This document shows positions 1 through 8,509 of a stretch of 64,000 bases of DNA, in pieces. The stretch is from Clostridia bacterium. GTDB lineage: Bacteria > Bacillota > Clostridia > Oscillospirales > CAG-272. A model generated the notes under the pieces. It searched no databases and was not told the origin of the DNA. It saw only the letters and a program-made list of their open reading frames with translations. The stretch lies in NCBI GenBank assembly GCA_028720145.1, contig JAQYLJ010000045.1:2283-66282 (forward strand), given 5' to 3'. The position numbers were made by a program, and so were the translations under genes. Every line of letters starts with the position of its first letter. The stretch's first letter is position 1.

Positions 1-549
1 TTTGATCGTCAAATTCTCCACAGTCGCCCCATCAAGCGTGCTGAATATTGTCGATTGTGTTGTGCCTGCCTTGTAGCCATTCTTGGGATTCCAAATGGTG
101 TGTCCATTCCCATCCAAATTTCCTGCAAAAGAAACCGGTGCAAAACTGCGATTTGCTTCACTCTTGCTGGCGTTTGCAAAAGATGTCGACGACATGACCG
201 GGAAATAGATATCTCCTGTCATTTTGAAGTAAGTGTCCGCCGTCGCAGCCGCCGCCGCGGTATTCACAAAGTACATGAAGTCCGCGACATTATTGATGAG
301 GTAGGGGTTATCTTTTGTTTTTCCCCATGCTGATTCATCCTCACCGGTTCCTTTGAGACTGGTCGAGGCGGTCGTCATGTCTCCGCTCCCCCATGCGACA
401 GCGCCTTCGGGGAGTTCTGCGCCCCACGAGGTGGGCAGTTCGGTCGCAATCGCCGCCGACGAGGTGACAGAGAATGCCACAAAGCAGGTCGCGACCATCG
501 CGAACACGAGGAGAATACTCAAACATGAGGTCCTTTTGGTGTGTTTCAT
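1..549 (-). CDS. secreted protein, N-terminal part (gene runs off left window edge)
   Basis: Absent from the ORF track because no stop lies in the window. Hand translation of the minus strand from ATG (549-547) gives MKHTKRTSCLSILLVFAMVATCFVAFSVTSSAAIATELPTSWG...FAGNLDGNGHTIWNPKNGYKAGTTQSTIFSTLDGATVENLTIK, open to position 1. A basic N-terminus plus hydrophobic core fits a Sec signal peptide. AAAGGA lies about 10 nt upstream. Confidence 0.6.
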   Translation of the reverse strand, partial: MKHTKRTSCLSILLVFAMVATCFVAFSVTSSAAIATELPTSWGAELPEGAVAWGSGDMTTASTSLKGTGEDESAWGKTKDNPYLINNVADFMYFVNTAAAAATADTYFKMTGDIYFPVMSSTSFANASKSEANRSFAPVSFAGNLDGNGHTIWNPKNGYKAGTTQSTIFSTLDGATVENLTIK

Positions 550-972
550 AATTTTCGATCCTTTCTTATCAATGATGGAAGTTCGTTCTATCCGCTCAAG
601 GTGCGGGCGGTTGCCCGTCTGTGTGGTACCCGAAGGAACAGCAGATAGAAAAAAAACTTCTCTATGATAACAGTGAGCATAGCATATCATGTCCTTTGTT
701 TGTCGGTCAACTCGGCTACGCGACGAAATGTTCCATTTTTGTTTTTTTTCGAGAAAACTCTACAAGTTGGCAGGTTTTGCTTGGAAATGGTGCACAAAAA
801 TCGTCGGAGAGATACGGGGCGTCATGATGAAAAGCGGCGGGAGCAAGCCCCCGCCCTACGATAAGGTCTTTTCATGGCTCCCTCCGAGAGGGGGCTGCCG
901 CGGGGACGCGGCTGGGGGAGAATACGATAGAAAAAACAACAAAGCCGTAAACCATGCAAACGCAGGCTCCTT

Positions 973-1064
973 CCGTCACGCTCTCGCGTGCCACCTCCCT
1001 CCCGGAGGGAGGCAATACCCTCTCCGTCACGCTCCGCGTGCCACCTCTCCCGGGGTGAGAGGCA
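973..1064. repeat. two tandem ~51-nt copies of a GC-rich palindromic unit
   Basis: 973-1014 reads CCGTCACGCTCTCGCGTGCCACCTCCCTCCCGGAGGGAGGCA and 1024-1064 reads CCGTCACGCTCCGCGTGCCACCTCTCCCGGGGTGAGAGGCA. Each ends in a CCTCYC..GRGAGG hairpin. A related hairpin GCTCCCTCCGAGAGGGGGC lies at 877-895. GGAGCAAGCCCCCGCCCTAC is duplicated at about 840-860 and 1150-1168. Confidence 0.7.
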
Positions 1065-1065
1065 T

Positions 1066-1282
1066 TTTTCACTTCGGCGTGAGCCGAAACTTCACTTTGC
1101 ATTAGCAAAACTTCACTTTTTCGTGAGACAAAACTTCACCTTGCGGCAGGAGCAAGCCCCCGCCCTACAAGAAAGAATGATCCAACTTCGTCGCAGACGA
1201 AACTTCACCGCGGCGCATCGCGCCGCAGCGTCACATTTGGCGCAAGACAAAACTTCACTTTCCGCAGAGCGGAAAACTTCAC
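1066..1282. repeat. array of constant AACTTCAC motif alternating with variable short hairpins
   Basis: (A)AACTTCAC occurs at 1087, 1108, 1131, 1200, 1250 and 1274, with degenerate copies at 1066 and 1183. The intervening segments are different self-complementary stems: TTCGGC-GTGA-GCCGAA, TTTGC-ATTA-GCAAA, TTCGTC-GCA-GACGAA, GCGGCGC-ATC-GCGCCGC and TTTCCGC-AGA-GCGGAAA. Confidence 0.75.
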
Positions 1283-1309
1283 TGCGGCGCGGAGTGCCGC
1301 CATTCCGCC

Positions 1310-1338
1310 TTGACAGTCCTCTCGAAATAAGATAAAAT
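1310..1338 (+). promoter_or_regulatory. sigma-A type promoter for regulator-addB
   Basis: TTGACA (1310-1315), 17-nt spacer, TAAAAT (1333-1338). RBS GGGAGGAG lies 8-10 nt before the ATG at 1378. Confidence 0.55.
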
Positions 1339-1377
1339 TATTCTATCATTTTTACTTGGTGGGAGGAGAGCGGTGCT

Positions 1378-1956
1378 ATGATTTACGATGCCTGTGTGGT
1401 CTCGCGGGACCGCGTCTTTGCGCAATTCGTCCGCCTGACCCTTTTGGAGAAACTGGATTCTGTCACGGTCGCAGAGGGGTCTCATCTCCCTGCGGCGCAC
1501 CGCTATGTATTCGACCTCGACACCTTTGCACCCGAGAGCTATCCCGCGGGAGAGATTCTGTGTCTGTCGAGGAAGCAATTCTGCCCGCCGAATTTCCCCT
1601 ACCTGTTTGCGTCGAGACCCCTCCGCAAAGCGCGTCTGCTCGCGCTCTTCGGTCTGATAGAACCCGAGCGGGGCGACGGTCTCACGCCGTTCCCCGAGCG
1701 GAAAAGTGTGCTACTCGCGGGGCGTGAGATTCCGCTCTCCCCGACCGAATATGCGCTGTTTTACGCCCTGTGGGAGAACGGGGAGGAGCCGATCTCCGCG
1801 GAAACTCTCCGTGAAATCGTATGGGGAAAAGACAATCCCGACAAAAATGCGGTCAATCTCTATATCCACTATCTGCGCCGCAAGCTCGAACCCGACGGCG
1901 TGAAAAGAATCCTATCCGTGCGGGGGCGCGGATACCGCCTATTGAGAGGAGTATAG
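1378..1956 (+). CDS. OmpR-family winged-helix DNA-binding protein with degenerate receiver-like N-terminus
   Basis: The C-terminus LSPTEYALFYALWENGEEPISAETLREIVWGKDNPDKNAVNLYIHYLRRKLEPDGVKRILSVRGRGYRL matches the OmpR/PhoB effector-domain pattern. The N-terminal about 95 aa lacks the usual DD acidic pocket. Its stop lies 1 nt before the addB ATG. Confidence 0.7.
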   Translation: MIYDACVVSRDRVFAQFVRLTLLEKLDSVTVAEGSHLPAAHRYVFDLDTFAPESYPAGEILCLSRKQFCPPNFPYLFASRPLRKARLLALFGLIEPERGDGLTPFPERKSVLLAGREIPLSPTEYALFYALWENGEEPISAETLREIVWGKDNPDKNAVNLYIHYLRRKLEPDGVKRILSVRGRGYRLLRGV

Positions 1957-1957
1957 T

Positions 1958-4900
1958 ATGCTGCACCTGATTCTCGGCGACGCGGGGAGCGGAAAAACCA
2001 CCCGCCTCGCGGAAGAGATTTCCGCCGCTCTTCCGAGCGGGAGAGAACTCTATCTGATCGTCCCCGAGCAGGAGACGGTCTCGTGTGAGCGTTTCATGGC
2101 GGAGAAGCTCCCGCCGACGGCTCCCCTCACCTTTGAGGTCACCAACTTCACGCGGTTCTCGGACACGGTATTCCGCCGTACGGGAGGACTCGCGGGAAAG
2201 ATCGCGACGCCCGCCGTCGAACAGACGCTGGTCTGGCGCACTCTCGCGGAACTTGAACCATACCTGAAAACCATCCACTCGAGACCCGATGCCGCCGCGG
2301 TCAAAAAAATGCGTACCATTCTCGCAGAGCTACGCGCCGCGCGGCTCTCGCCCGCGATGATGGAGAGCGCCGCCGCGCAGGTCTCGGACGAGGGGCTCTC
2401 CCGCAAACTGCAAGACTATGCGCTGATTTCCTCGACCTACTCGGCTCTCCTCTCGGAGCACTTCTCGGGGAATGCCGAGCGGCTCGACCGCCTGACGGAG
2501 GTGCTCACGGAGCAGAACCCCCTCGCGGGAGCTTCCATCTATTTCGACAGTTTCACGAGTTTCACCGAACAGCAATACGCGGTATTCGCCGCCCTGCTCC
2601 CCTCGTGCGATGTCACCGTCGCACTCTGCCGTCCGCCGCACGCGGAAAAGCAGCTCTCCGCATCCGATGTCCTGAACACCGAAAAGCGGCTCACCCATCT
2701 CGCGGGGGAACTCGGGATCCCCCTCAAAAAGGAATGCCTCACCGGCTCCTATCGCAAGGTCTCGCCCGCGCTGACCTACGCCGCCGAACGGCTCTTTACG
2801 CTCGACTATGAAGATGCCCCCGCGTGCGGGGAAAAGCCCACCGACGCGCTCCGTCTGGTGGAGGCGGCCGACCCGCTCGAAGCATCGGACTTCCTCGCCG
2901 CCGACATTTTGAAAAGAGTGACGGAGGAAGGCGCGCGCTTCGGCGACTGCACGGTCGTGACCTCGACCTCCGCGTACACCGATATTCTGGACGCCGCGCT
3001 CGACAAATGCGGAATCCCCTATTTCTTCGCGAGACGGGACTCCGTCCTCTCGCTCGAACCCGTGAAAATGATGTTCGCCGCGCTCGCCATCATCAGCGGG
3101 GGCTGGCGGCGGGAAGATGTCATCGCCTATCTCAAATGCTCCTATTCGGGGGTCACGCCCGAAGAGCGGGACGCCGTTGACCTATTCAGCGACATTTGGG
3201 ATATCCGCGGCGAGGACTGGAAAAAAGACAAGGTCTGGGAGCGGAACCCCGACGGATACGGAAAACCCCATTCCCGCGACCGCAGAACCTATAACGAGGC
3301 GTGGCTCAAAACCGTGCGCGAAGCGCGCGGCAAATTCATGCCCCCTCTGCTCGCTTTGGAAACCGTGCTCGCCAAACGGCAGACGGTCACCGAACACCTG
3401 CGCGGTCTGACCGAATTTCTCCTCTCCCTCAAGCTGCCCGAGGCACTCGACGCGCGCGCAGACGCCTGCAAGGCGGCGGGAGACGCACGACGGGCAGACG
3501 CAACGGGGCGGGTCTGGAACACCCTCTGTGACACCTTTGACACCCTCTCCTCGCTCGTCGGAGACACCGAGATGAACACCGCGGAGTTCCGCGAACTCTT
3601 ACGGCTCCTGCTCGGTGCCGTCAGCATCGGGCAGATTCCCGCCGCGCTCGACGAGGTGACGGTGGGGGACGCTGCGACCGTACGCGCGGGCGGGGTCAAA
3701 CATATCTATCTGCTCGGGGTCAACGAGGGGGTCTTCCCCGCGGGACTCAAAGAGGGAAACTCGTTTACCGAACACGAGCGGGAGCTGCTCGTCGGTTTGG
3801 GGTTCCCCGCGACAGATGGGGTCGACCTGCGCGCCGCGCGGGATCTCTTCTCGTTCTATCGTGCCCTGACCCTCGCGACCGAGAGCGTCACCGTCATCTG
3901 GTGTGACACCGACGCCGCGTTTGAAGAGGCGCTCCCGTCCGACCCCGTGAAGCGGCTCCGCCATCTCATTGGGGAGGACTATCCCGTCCTGCGTCCCGCG
4001 CTCGAAAAAGACCCGTCCTATCTCCGTACCCCCTCGCTCGTCCGTGAGCGGCTGGGGCGTATGACGGGGACCGCGCTCGGGCAAGCGGCAAGGCGGGCAC
4101 TCGCCCGCGAGGGGGAAGACATGGCTCCCCTCACCGACTATCCGCTGACCAACCGAGAGGCGACCCTCTCGCCCGCCGCAGCTGAGATGCAATACCCGGG
4201 CGAACTCCGCCTGACGCAGAGCCGCATCAAGAGTTACGGGGGCTGCCCGCTCTCGGACTTCTGTAATTATGTCCTGCAACTCAATGTCCCCGAACGAGCG
4301 GGATTCCGCTCGGACAGCATCGGGACCTTCGTACACGCCCTGCTCGAACAGTTCTTCAAAACCGTCAAGGAAACCGCACGTGACCCCGGGGCTCTCGATG
4401 AAGCCGAACAGGCGGAAATCCTCGACGCGATTCTCCCGTCTGTCCTCGCCGAGACCCTCTCCGAGGACGCTCGGGACAACCCGCGCGTCCGCCATCAGAT
4501 AGCCAAACTCAAAGAGGTGACCCGTCTCATTCTCGCGGAAATCTGCCGCGAGTTTTCCCACACCCGATTCCGTCCGGTCTATGAAGAGCTCCGCATCGGC
4601 GACGAGCCCGAGGCACCCAAGCCCGTCTCGTTCCTCACGCCTGACGGCAGAACGCTCTCACTCTGGGGGACCATCGACCGCGTCGACACCTACCGTGAGG
4701 GCAGCGATGTCTATCTCCGTGTGGTGGACTACAAGACGGGGCAAAAGGATTTCAATCTGAAAGATCTCGAAAAGGGTGCGGACTTCCAGTTGCTTCTCTA
4801 CCTCAACACGCTTTGGCTCTGTGACTCTCCCTCGTTCCGCAAAGCCATCGGGGTGGGTGAAGGCGGGAAAGTGATTCCCGCGGGATTCCTCTACTTCTCT

Positions 4901-5260
4901 TCTCTCACGAGAAGCGCGTCGGTCAAAGGGCAGGAGAACGCCGCGAAAAACGCGGAGGATATCCTCAAAGACGTATTTGAGAGAAACGGCATGTATCTCG
5001 ACGACGAAGTGCTGAAAAATGCGCTCGACACCACCCCCGAAAAGCGCTATCTCCCGTCCGACAAGGACCTCTACACGATGGAAGAACTCGGCAGGATGAT
5101 GGAGACCGTCGAAGCGAGTTTGACCGAGATCGCCCGCGACATGACGGGCGGGGTCATCCGTCCGAAGTCCGACTTCAAAAACGATCACGGGAACTGCGCC
5201 TACTGCCACTTCCGCGCGGTATGCCGTCTGCTCCCGAACGAGGAGTCCCAAGAAAACTGA
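1958..5260 (+). CDS. addB: helicase-nuclease AddAB subunit B (AddB/RexB)
   Basis: N-terminal Walker A GDAGSGKTT. RecB-type nuclease motif VVDYKTGQK. The C-terminal CAYCHFRAVC plus the upstream GGCPLSDFC cysteines fit the AddB Fe-S cluster. The 1100-aa length is typical. Confidence 0.9.
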   Translation: MLHLILGDAGSGKTTRLAEEISAALPSGRELYLIVPEQETVSCERFMAEKLPPTAPLTFEVTNFTRFSDTVFRRTGGLAGKIATPAVEQTLVWRTLAELEPYLKTIHSRPDAAAVKKMRTILAELRAARLSPAMMESAAAQVSDEGLSRKLQDYALISSTYSALLSEHFSGNAERLDRLTEVLTEQNPLAGASIYFDSFTSFTEQQYAVFAALLPSCDVTVALCRPPHAEKQLSASDVLNTEKRLTHLAGELGIPLKKECLTGSYRKVSPALTYAAERLFTLDYEDAPACGEKPTDALRLVEAADPLEASDFLAADILKRVTEEGARFGDCTVVTSTSAYTDILDAALDKCGIPYFFARRDSVLSLEPVKMMFAALAIISGGWRREDVIAYLKCSYSGVTPEERDAVDLFSDIWDIRGEDWKKDKVWERNPDGYGKPHSRDRRTYNEAWLKTVREARGKFMPPLLALETVLAKRQTVTEHLRGLTEFLLSLKLPEALDARADACKAAGDARRADATGRVWNTLCDTFDTLSSLVGDTEMNTAEFRELLRLLLGAVSIGQIPAALDEVTVGDAATVRAGGVKHIYLLGVNEGVFPAGLKEGNSFTEHERELLVGLGFPATDGVDLRAARDLFSFYRALTLATESVTVIWCDTDAAFEEALPSDPVKRLRHLIGEDYPVLRPALEKDPSYLRTPSLVRERLGRMTGTALGQAARRALAREGEDMAPLTDYPLTNREATLSPAAAEMQYPGELRLTQSRIKSYGGCPLSDFCNYVLQLNVPERAGFRSDSIGTFVHALLEQFFKTVKETARDPGALDEAEQAEILDAILPSVLAETLSEDARDNPRVRHQIAKLKEVTRLILAEICREFSHTRFRPVYEELRIGDEPEAPKPVSFLTPDGRTLSLWGTIDRVDTYREGSDVYLRVVDYKTGQKDFNLKDLEKGADFQLLLYLNTLWLCDSPSFRKAIGVGEGGKVIPAGFLYFSSLTRSASVKGQENAAKNAEDILKDVFERNGMYLDDEVLKNALDTTPEKRYLPSDKDLYTMEELGRMMETVEASLTEIARDMTGGVIRPKSDFKNDHGNCAYCHFRAVCRLLPNEESQEN

Positions 5261-5275
5261 ACAAAATAGCAAAAG

Positions 5276-5325
5276 AGCCGTGTACGGCATCCCGAACGGG
5301 TACCGAATCACGGCTTTTCTTTTTC
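5276..5325. terminator. hairpin plus T-tract between convergent addB and tdk
   Basis: AGCCGTG (5276-5282) pairs with CACGGCT (5309-5315) and is followed by TTTTCTTTTTC. It sits between two convergent stops. Confidence 0.45.
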
Positions 5326-5381
5326 ATAATAAACGGAATAAACGGATACGTTCATAAAAAGCGGACGCAGGCGAAAGAGAA

Positions 5382-5978
5382 TCAGGTGATAATCCCTTTT
5401 TCCTCCTGTTCCTTTTTGCGGGCGAGCCAACATTTGCGGCACATCGCCTGATAGCGGCTGTTCCCGCCGAGGAGCACCTGCTCCCCGTGGTAGACGATAT
5501 TCCCGTCGTCGTCGAAGCGGGCGTTGACGGTGGCTTTCGCCCCGCAACGGCAGACCGACTTGATTTCCGAGATGGATTCGGCAATCTCGAAGAGCCGACG
5601 CGACCCCGGGAAAAGATGGGTGAGAAAATCGGTCGCAAGCCCGAAACAGAGGACAGGAACATCGAAGTCCATCACGATTTGGCTGAGTTCGTCCACCTGC
5701 TCGGGCGCGAGAAACTGACACTCGTCCACAATCACCACATTGCAGGTGCGGTACTCGGTGGTGTACAGTTGGTAGAGGTCCCTGTCTTGCGGGACCGCGA
5801 GTGCCTCCGCCCAAAGCCCCACGCGGGAGCGGACGATATTCACGCCGTCGCGCGTATCGGTCGAGGGCTTCAAGAACATGACCTTCATCCCTCGCTCTTC
5901 ATAGTTGAATTTGGTGATGAGCGCCTGCGCGGTTTTGGAGCATCCCATGGCACCGAATTTGAAATACAGTTTTGCCAT
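5382..5978 (-). CDS. tdk: thymidine kinase
   Basis: P-loop GAMGCSKT, IVDECQFL, and C-terminal zinc ribbon CRCG...CRKC. RBS GGGAGGAG upstream. Confidence 0.92.
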   Translation of the reverse strand: MAKLYFKFGAMGCSKTAQALITKFNYEERGMKVMFLKPSTDTRDGVNIVRSRVGLWAEALAVPQDRDLYQLYTTEYRTCNVVIVDECQFLAPEQVDELSQIVMDFDVPVLCFGLATDFLTHLFPGSRRLFEIAESISEIKSVCRCGAKATVNARFDDDGNIVYHGEQVLLGGNSRYQAMCRKCWLARKKEQEEKGIIT

Positions 5979-5998
5979 TATCTCGGTCTCCTCCCGCG

Positions 5999-7300
5999 TC
6001 AGTCAATGTGCCCGAGAATCAGCGGGCGAGGGGCGGGCGGGGCATCTTCAATCGAGGTGGCGCCGAGAAAACTGCGCTCTGCCCCGTCGAGCAGTTCCTC
6101 TTTTGAGGTATAGAGTGTGGCGAGGACTTCGCCTGTTTCAACGCGGTCTCCCGTCTTCTTTTCGAGATAAAATCCCGCGGTGAGGTCGATTTTGTCCCCC
6201 ATGGTATTCCGTCCCGCGCCGAGCGAGAGCGCCGTGAGCCCGAGGGCTTCGGTATCCATGCGGGTGATGAACCCCGCGCGGGGTGCCAAGACCTTCCGCT
6301 CATAGGCGGCGCGCGGAAACTGCGCGGTGTCCATGACCCACGCAGGGTCTCCCCCCTGCGCCTCGACCATCTCCGCGAGTTTTCGGAGTGCCGCGCCCGA
6401 AGCAATCGTCTCTTTGACGGTTCTCTCACATTCCTCACGGCTCCCCCGCCCCGCAAGATACAGCATCTCGGCAGAGAGCGCAACCGACAGCGCGGTGAGG
6501 TCAGCGGGTCCGTGACCCGCGAGGGTATCAATCGCCTCGATGACTTCGAGCGAATTCCCGACGGCGCGTCCGAGCGGGGCATCCATATCGGTAATCAGAG
6601 CAGACATTTTTTTCCCTGCGCGGCGACCGATCTCGACCATGAGACGCGCGAGCTCAAAGCTCTTCTCCTCGGTCTTCATGAAACTGCCGCTCCCCGTCTT
6701 GACATCGAGGACGATGCAATCGTCGTCGGCTGCGAGTTTCTTCCCCATAATGCTCGACGCGATGAGGGGCATACTGTCGACCGTCGCCGTGACATCGCGG
6801 AGGGCGTAGAGCTTTTTGTCTGCGGGGGCGAGGGTGGCGGTCTGTCCGACGATGGCGACCCCGACGCGGTTGACGATCTCTTCAAACTCTTCTTTGGGCA
6901 GGTCGGTTCTGAATCCCGCGAACGCTTCGAGTTTATCGACCGTGCCGCCGGTATGTCCGAGCCCCCGTCCGCTCATTTTCGCGACTTTCACGCCGAGGGC
7001 GGCGACCGTGGGTGCTACGATGAGACTGGTCTTATCCCCGACACCACCGGTCGAGTGCTTATCCGCGCGAATCCCTGCGATTTTCGAGAAGTCGAGACGC
7101 TCTCCCGAATCTCGCACCGCGAGGGTGAGGTCGGTCGTCTCGCGGTCGTCCATCCCTCGAAAATAGATCGCCATGGCGAGCGCCGCCGCCTGATAATCGG
7201 GGATTTCTCCTGCGGTATACCCGGCGACAAACGCGCGGATCTCCTCGGTCGAGAGGCATCCGCCGTCGCGCTTTTTCTTAATGATATCATACATCCGCAT
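5999..7300 (-). CDS. pdp: pyrimidine-nucleoside (thymidine) phosphorylase
   Basis: MRMYDIIKKKRDG, the DKHSTGGVGDKTSL motif, and a 433-aa length. Confidence 0.92.
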   Translation of the reverse strand: MRMYDIIKKKRDGGCLSTEEIRAFVAGYTAGEIPDYQAAALAMAIYFRGMDDRETTDLTLAVRDSGERLDFSKIAGIRADKHSTGGVGDKTSLIVAPTVAALGVKVAKMSGRGLGHTGGTVDKLEAFAGFRTDLPKEEFEEIVNRVGVAIVGQTATLAPADKKLYALRDVTATVDSMPLIASSIMGKKLAADDDCIVLDVKTGSGSFMKTEEKSFELARLMVEIGRRAGKKMSALITDMDAPLGRAVGNSLEVIEAIDTLAGHGPADLTALSVALSAEMLYLAGRGSREECERTVKETIASGAALRKLAEMVEAQGGDPAWVMDTAQFPRAAYERKVLAPRAGFITRMDTEALGLTALSLGAGRNTMGDKIDLTAGFYLEKKTGDRVETGEVLATLYTSKEELLDGAERSFLGATSIEDAPPAPRPLILGHID

Positions 7301-7334
7301 ACAGTCGGTACTCCGTTTCCGTCGGATGACTTCT

Positions 7335-7745
7335 TTATTTTTTTAATTCCTTATCGGTGAAAGAGAATGCGAGCAGGTCTCCCAAGGTGTGGGTCTCGGT
7401 ATGAGTCTCATCCCCGAGAATCACGGGGAAACTCGGGGGGCAGAACTCCGCGAGCACCTGTCGGCAGACCCCGCAGGGGGGACAGAGCGCCAGCAGTTTC
7501 TCTCCCTCGCCGCCTCCGACGATGGCGATGGCGGAGAACTCCCGTTCCCCCTCGCTGACCGCGCGAAAGACCGCGACGCGCTCGGCACAGACGGTCGGGG
7601 TGTAGGTCGCGTTCTCAATATTGCACCCGAGGTAGACCTTCCCCGACTTCCCGAGCAGTGCGGCACCCACGCAGAAGTGCGAATAGGGGGCGTAACTGTT
7701 CTTTCTCGCGTCGATTGCTTGATTCAGCAGTTCCCTCTCGGTCAT
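7335..7745 (-). CDS. cdd: cytidine deaminase
   Basis: Zinc motifs CAERVAVF and PCGVCRQ. The start was trimmed from the 177-aa ORF to the internal MTERELL ATG (7745), which gives 136 aa and removes the overlap with deoD. Confidence 0.9.
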   Translation of the reverse strand: MTERELLNQAIDARKNSYAPYSHFCVGAALLGKSGKVYLGCNIENATYTPTVCAERVAVFRAVSEGEREFSAIAIVGGGEGEKLLALCPPCGVCRQVLAEFCPPSFPVILGDETHTETHTLGDLLAFSFTDKELKK

Positions 7746-7756
7746 AATTCCCTCCG

Positions 7757-8491
7757 TCAGGCGAGCGCGAGCGCGACTTCCATCATCTGCGTGAATGAGG
7801 TCTGACGCTCCTCCGCCGTGGTGTTTTCTTCGGGATAGAGGAAAGAATCGCTCACCGTGCAGATGCACAACGCGTTCTTGCCGAGGCGAGCGGCATTACA
7901 ATAGAGGGCGGCGGACTCCATCTCCACGCCGAGGACCCCCATCTTCGCCCATTCCATGCCCGAATTGGCGTCGTCATAGAAGGTATCGGACGAGAGAATG
8001 TTCCCGACTTTATAGTTTAGACCCCGCTTGTCGCATTCCTCCGCCGCGCGCTTCACGAGGTCGAAAGACGCGATGGGGCAGAATGTCCCGGGCAGACGGT
8101 ACTGCATCGCGTAATTCCCGTTCGTGCAGGCACCCATCGCGATGATGATGTCGCGGGCGTGCAAATCGGGGTCGAACGAGCCGCAGGAGCCGACGCGGAT
8201 AATGTTCTTCACATCGTAGAACTTGAAGAGTTCATAGGAATAGATGCCGATGGCGGGCTGTCCCATGCCCGATGCCATGACCGACACGCGCTTCCCGTGA
8301 TAGGTACCGGTATATCCGTTGACCCCGCGAACGGGGTTCACGAGTACGGGATTCTCAAAATAGGTCTCGGCGATGAATTTCGCGCGGAGGGGGTCACCCG
8401 GCATGAGAACCGTCTCGGCGAAGTCCCCCGCTTTCGCGGAGATATGGGGGGTAGGGATATTGGGGTTCCCCTGTTTGATTGTATCACTCAT
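7757..8491 (-). CDS. deoD: purine nucleoside phosphorylase, DeoD type
   Basis: PHISAKAGDFAETVLMPGDPLRAKFIAE and GMGQPAIGIYSYEL are typical of the hexameric PNP family. Confidence 0.9.
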   Translation of the reverse strand: MSDTIKQGNPNIPTPHISAKAGDFAETVLMPGDPLRAKFIAETYFENPVLVNPVRGVNGYTGTYHGKRVSVMASGMGQPAIGIYSYELFKFYDVKNIIRVGSCGSFDPDLHARDIIIAMGACTNGNYAMQYRLPGTFCPIASFDLVKRAAEECDKRGLNYKVGNILSSDTFYDDANSGMEWAKMGVLGVEMESAALYCNAARLGKNALCICTVSDSFLYPEENTTAEERQTSFTQMMEVALALA

Positions 8492-8509
8492 CGTGGTGTC
8501 CTCCCGTTC

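Noticed and set aside
55-526. Track ORFs 55-333 (+) and 341-526 (-)
   Set aside because: They are superseded by a different minus-strand frame that is open from 549 to the window edge and encodes a signal peptide and sensible protein sequence.
1066-1282. Possible CRISPR array
   Set aside because: The conserved unit is only 8-9 nt. The variable parts are self-complementary hairpins of 13-17 nt rather than 30-nt spacers. No cas genes or leader are present.
689-1335. ORFs of 138, 78 and 115 aa across 689-1335
   Set aside because: They are translations of the palindromic and AACTTCAC repeats, giving recurring strings such as KLHF, NFTL and TSLR. They have no RBS, and frames are open on both strands only because of the repeat composition.
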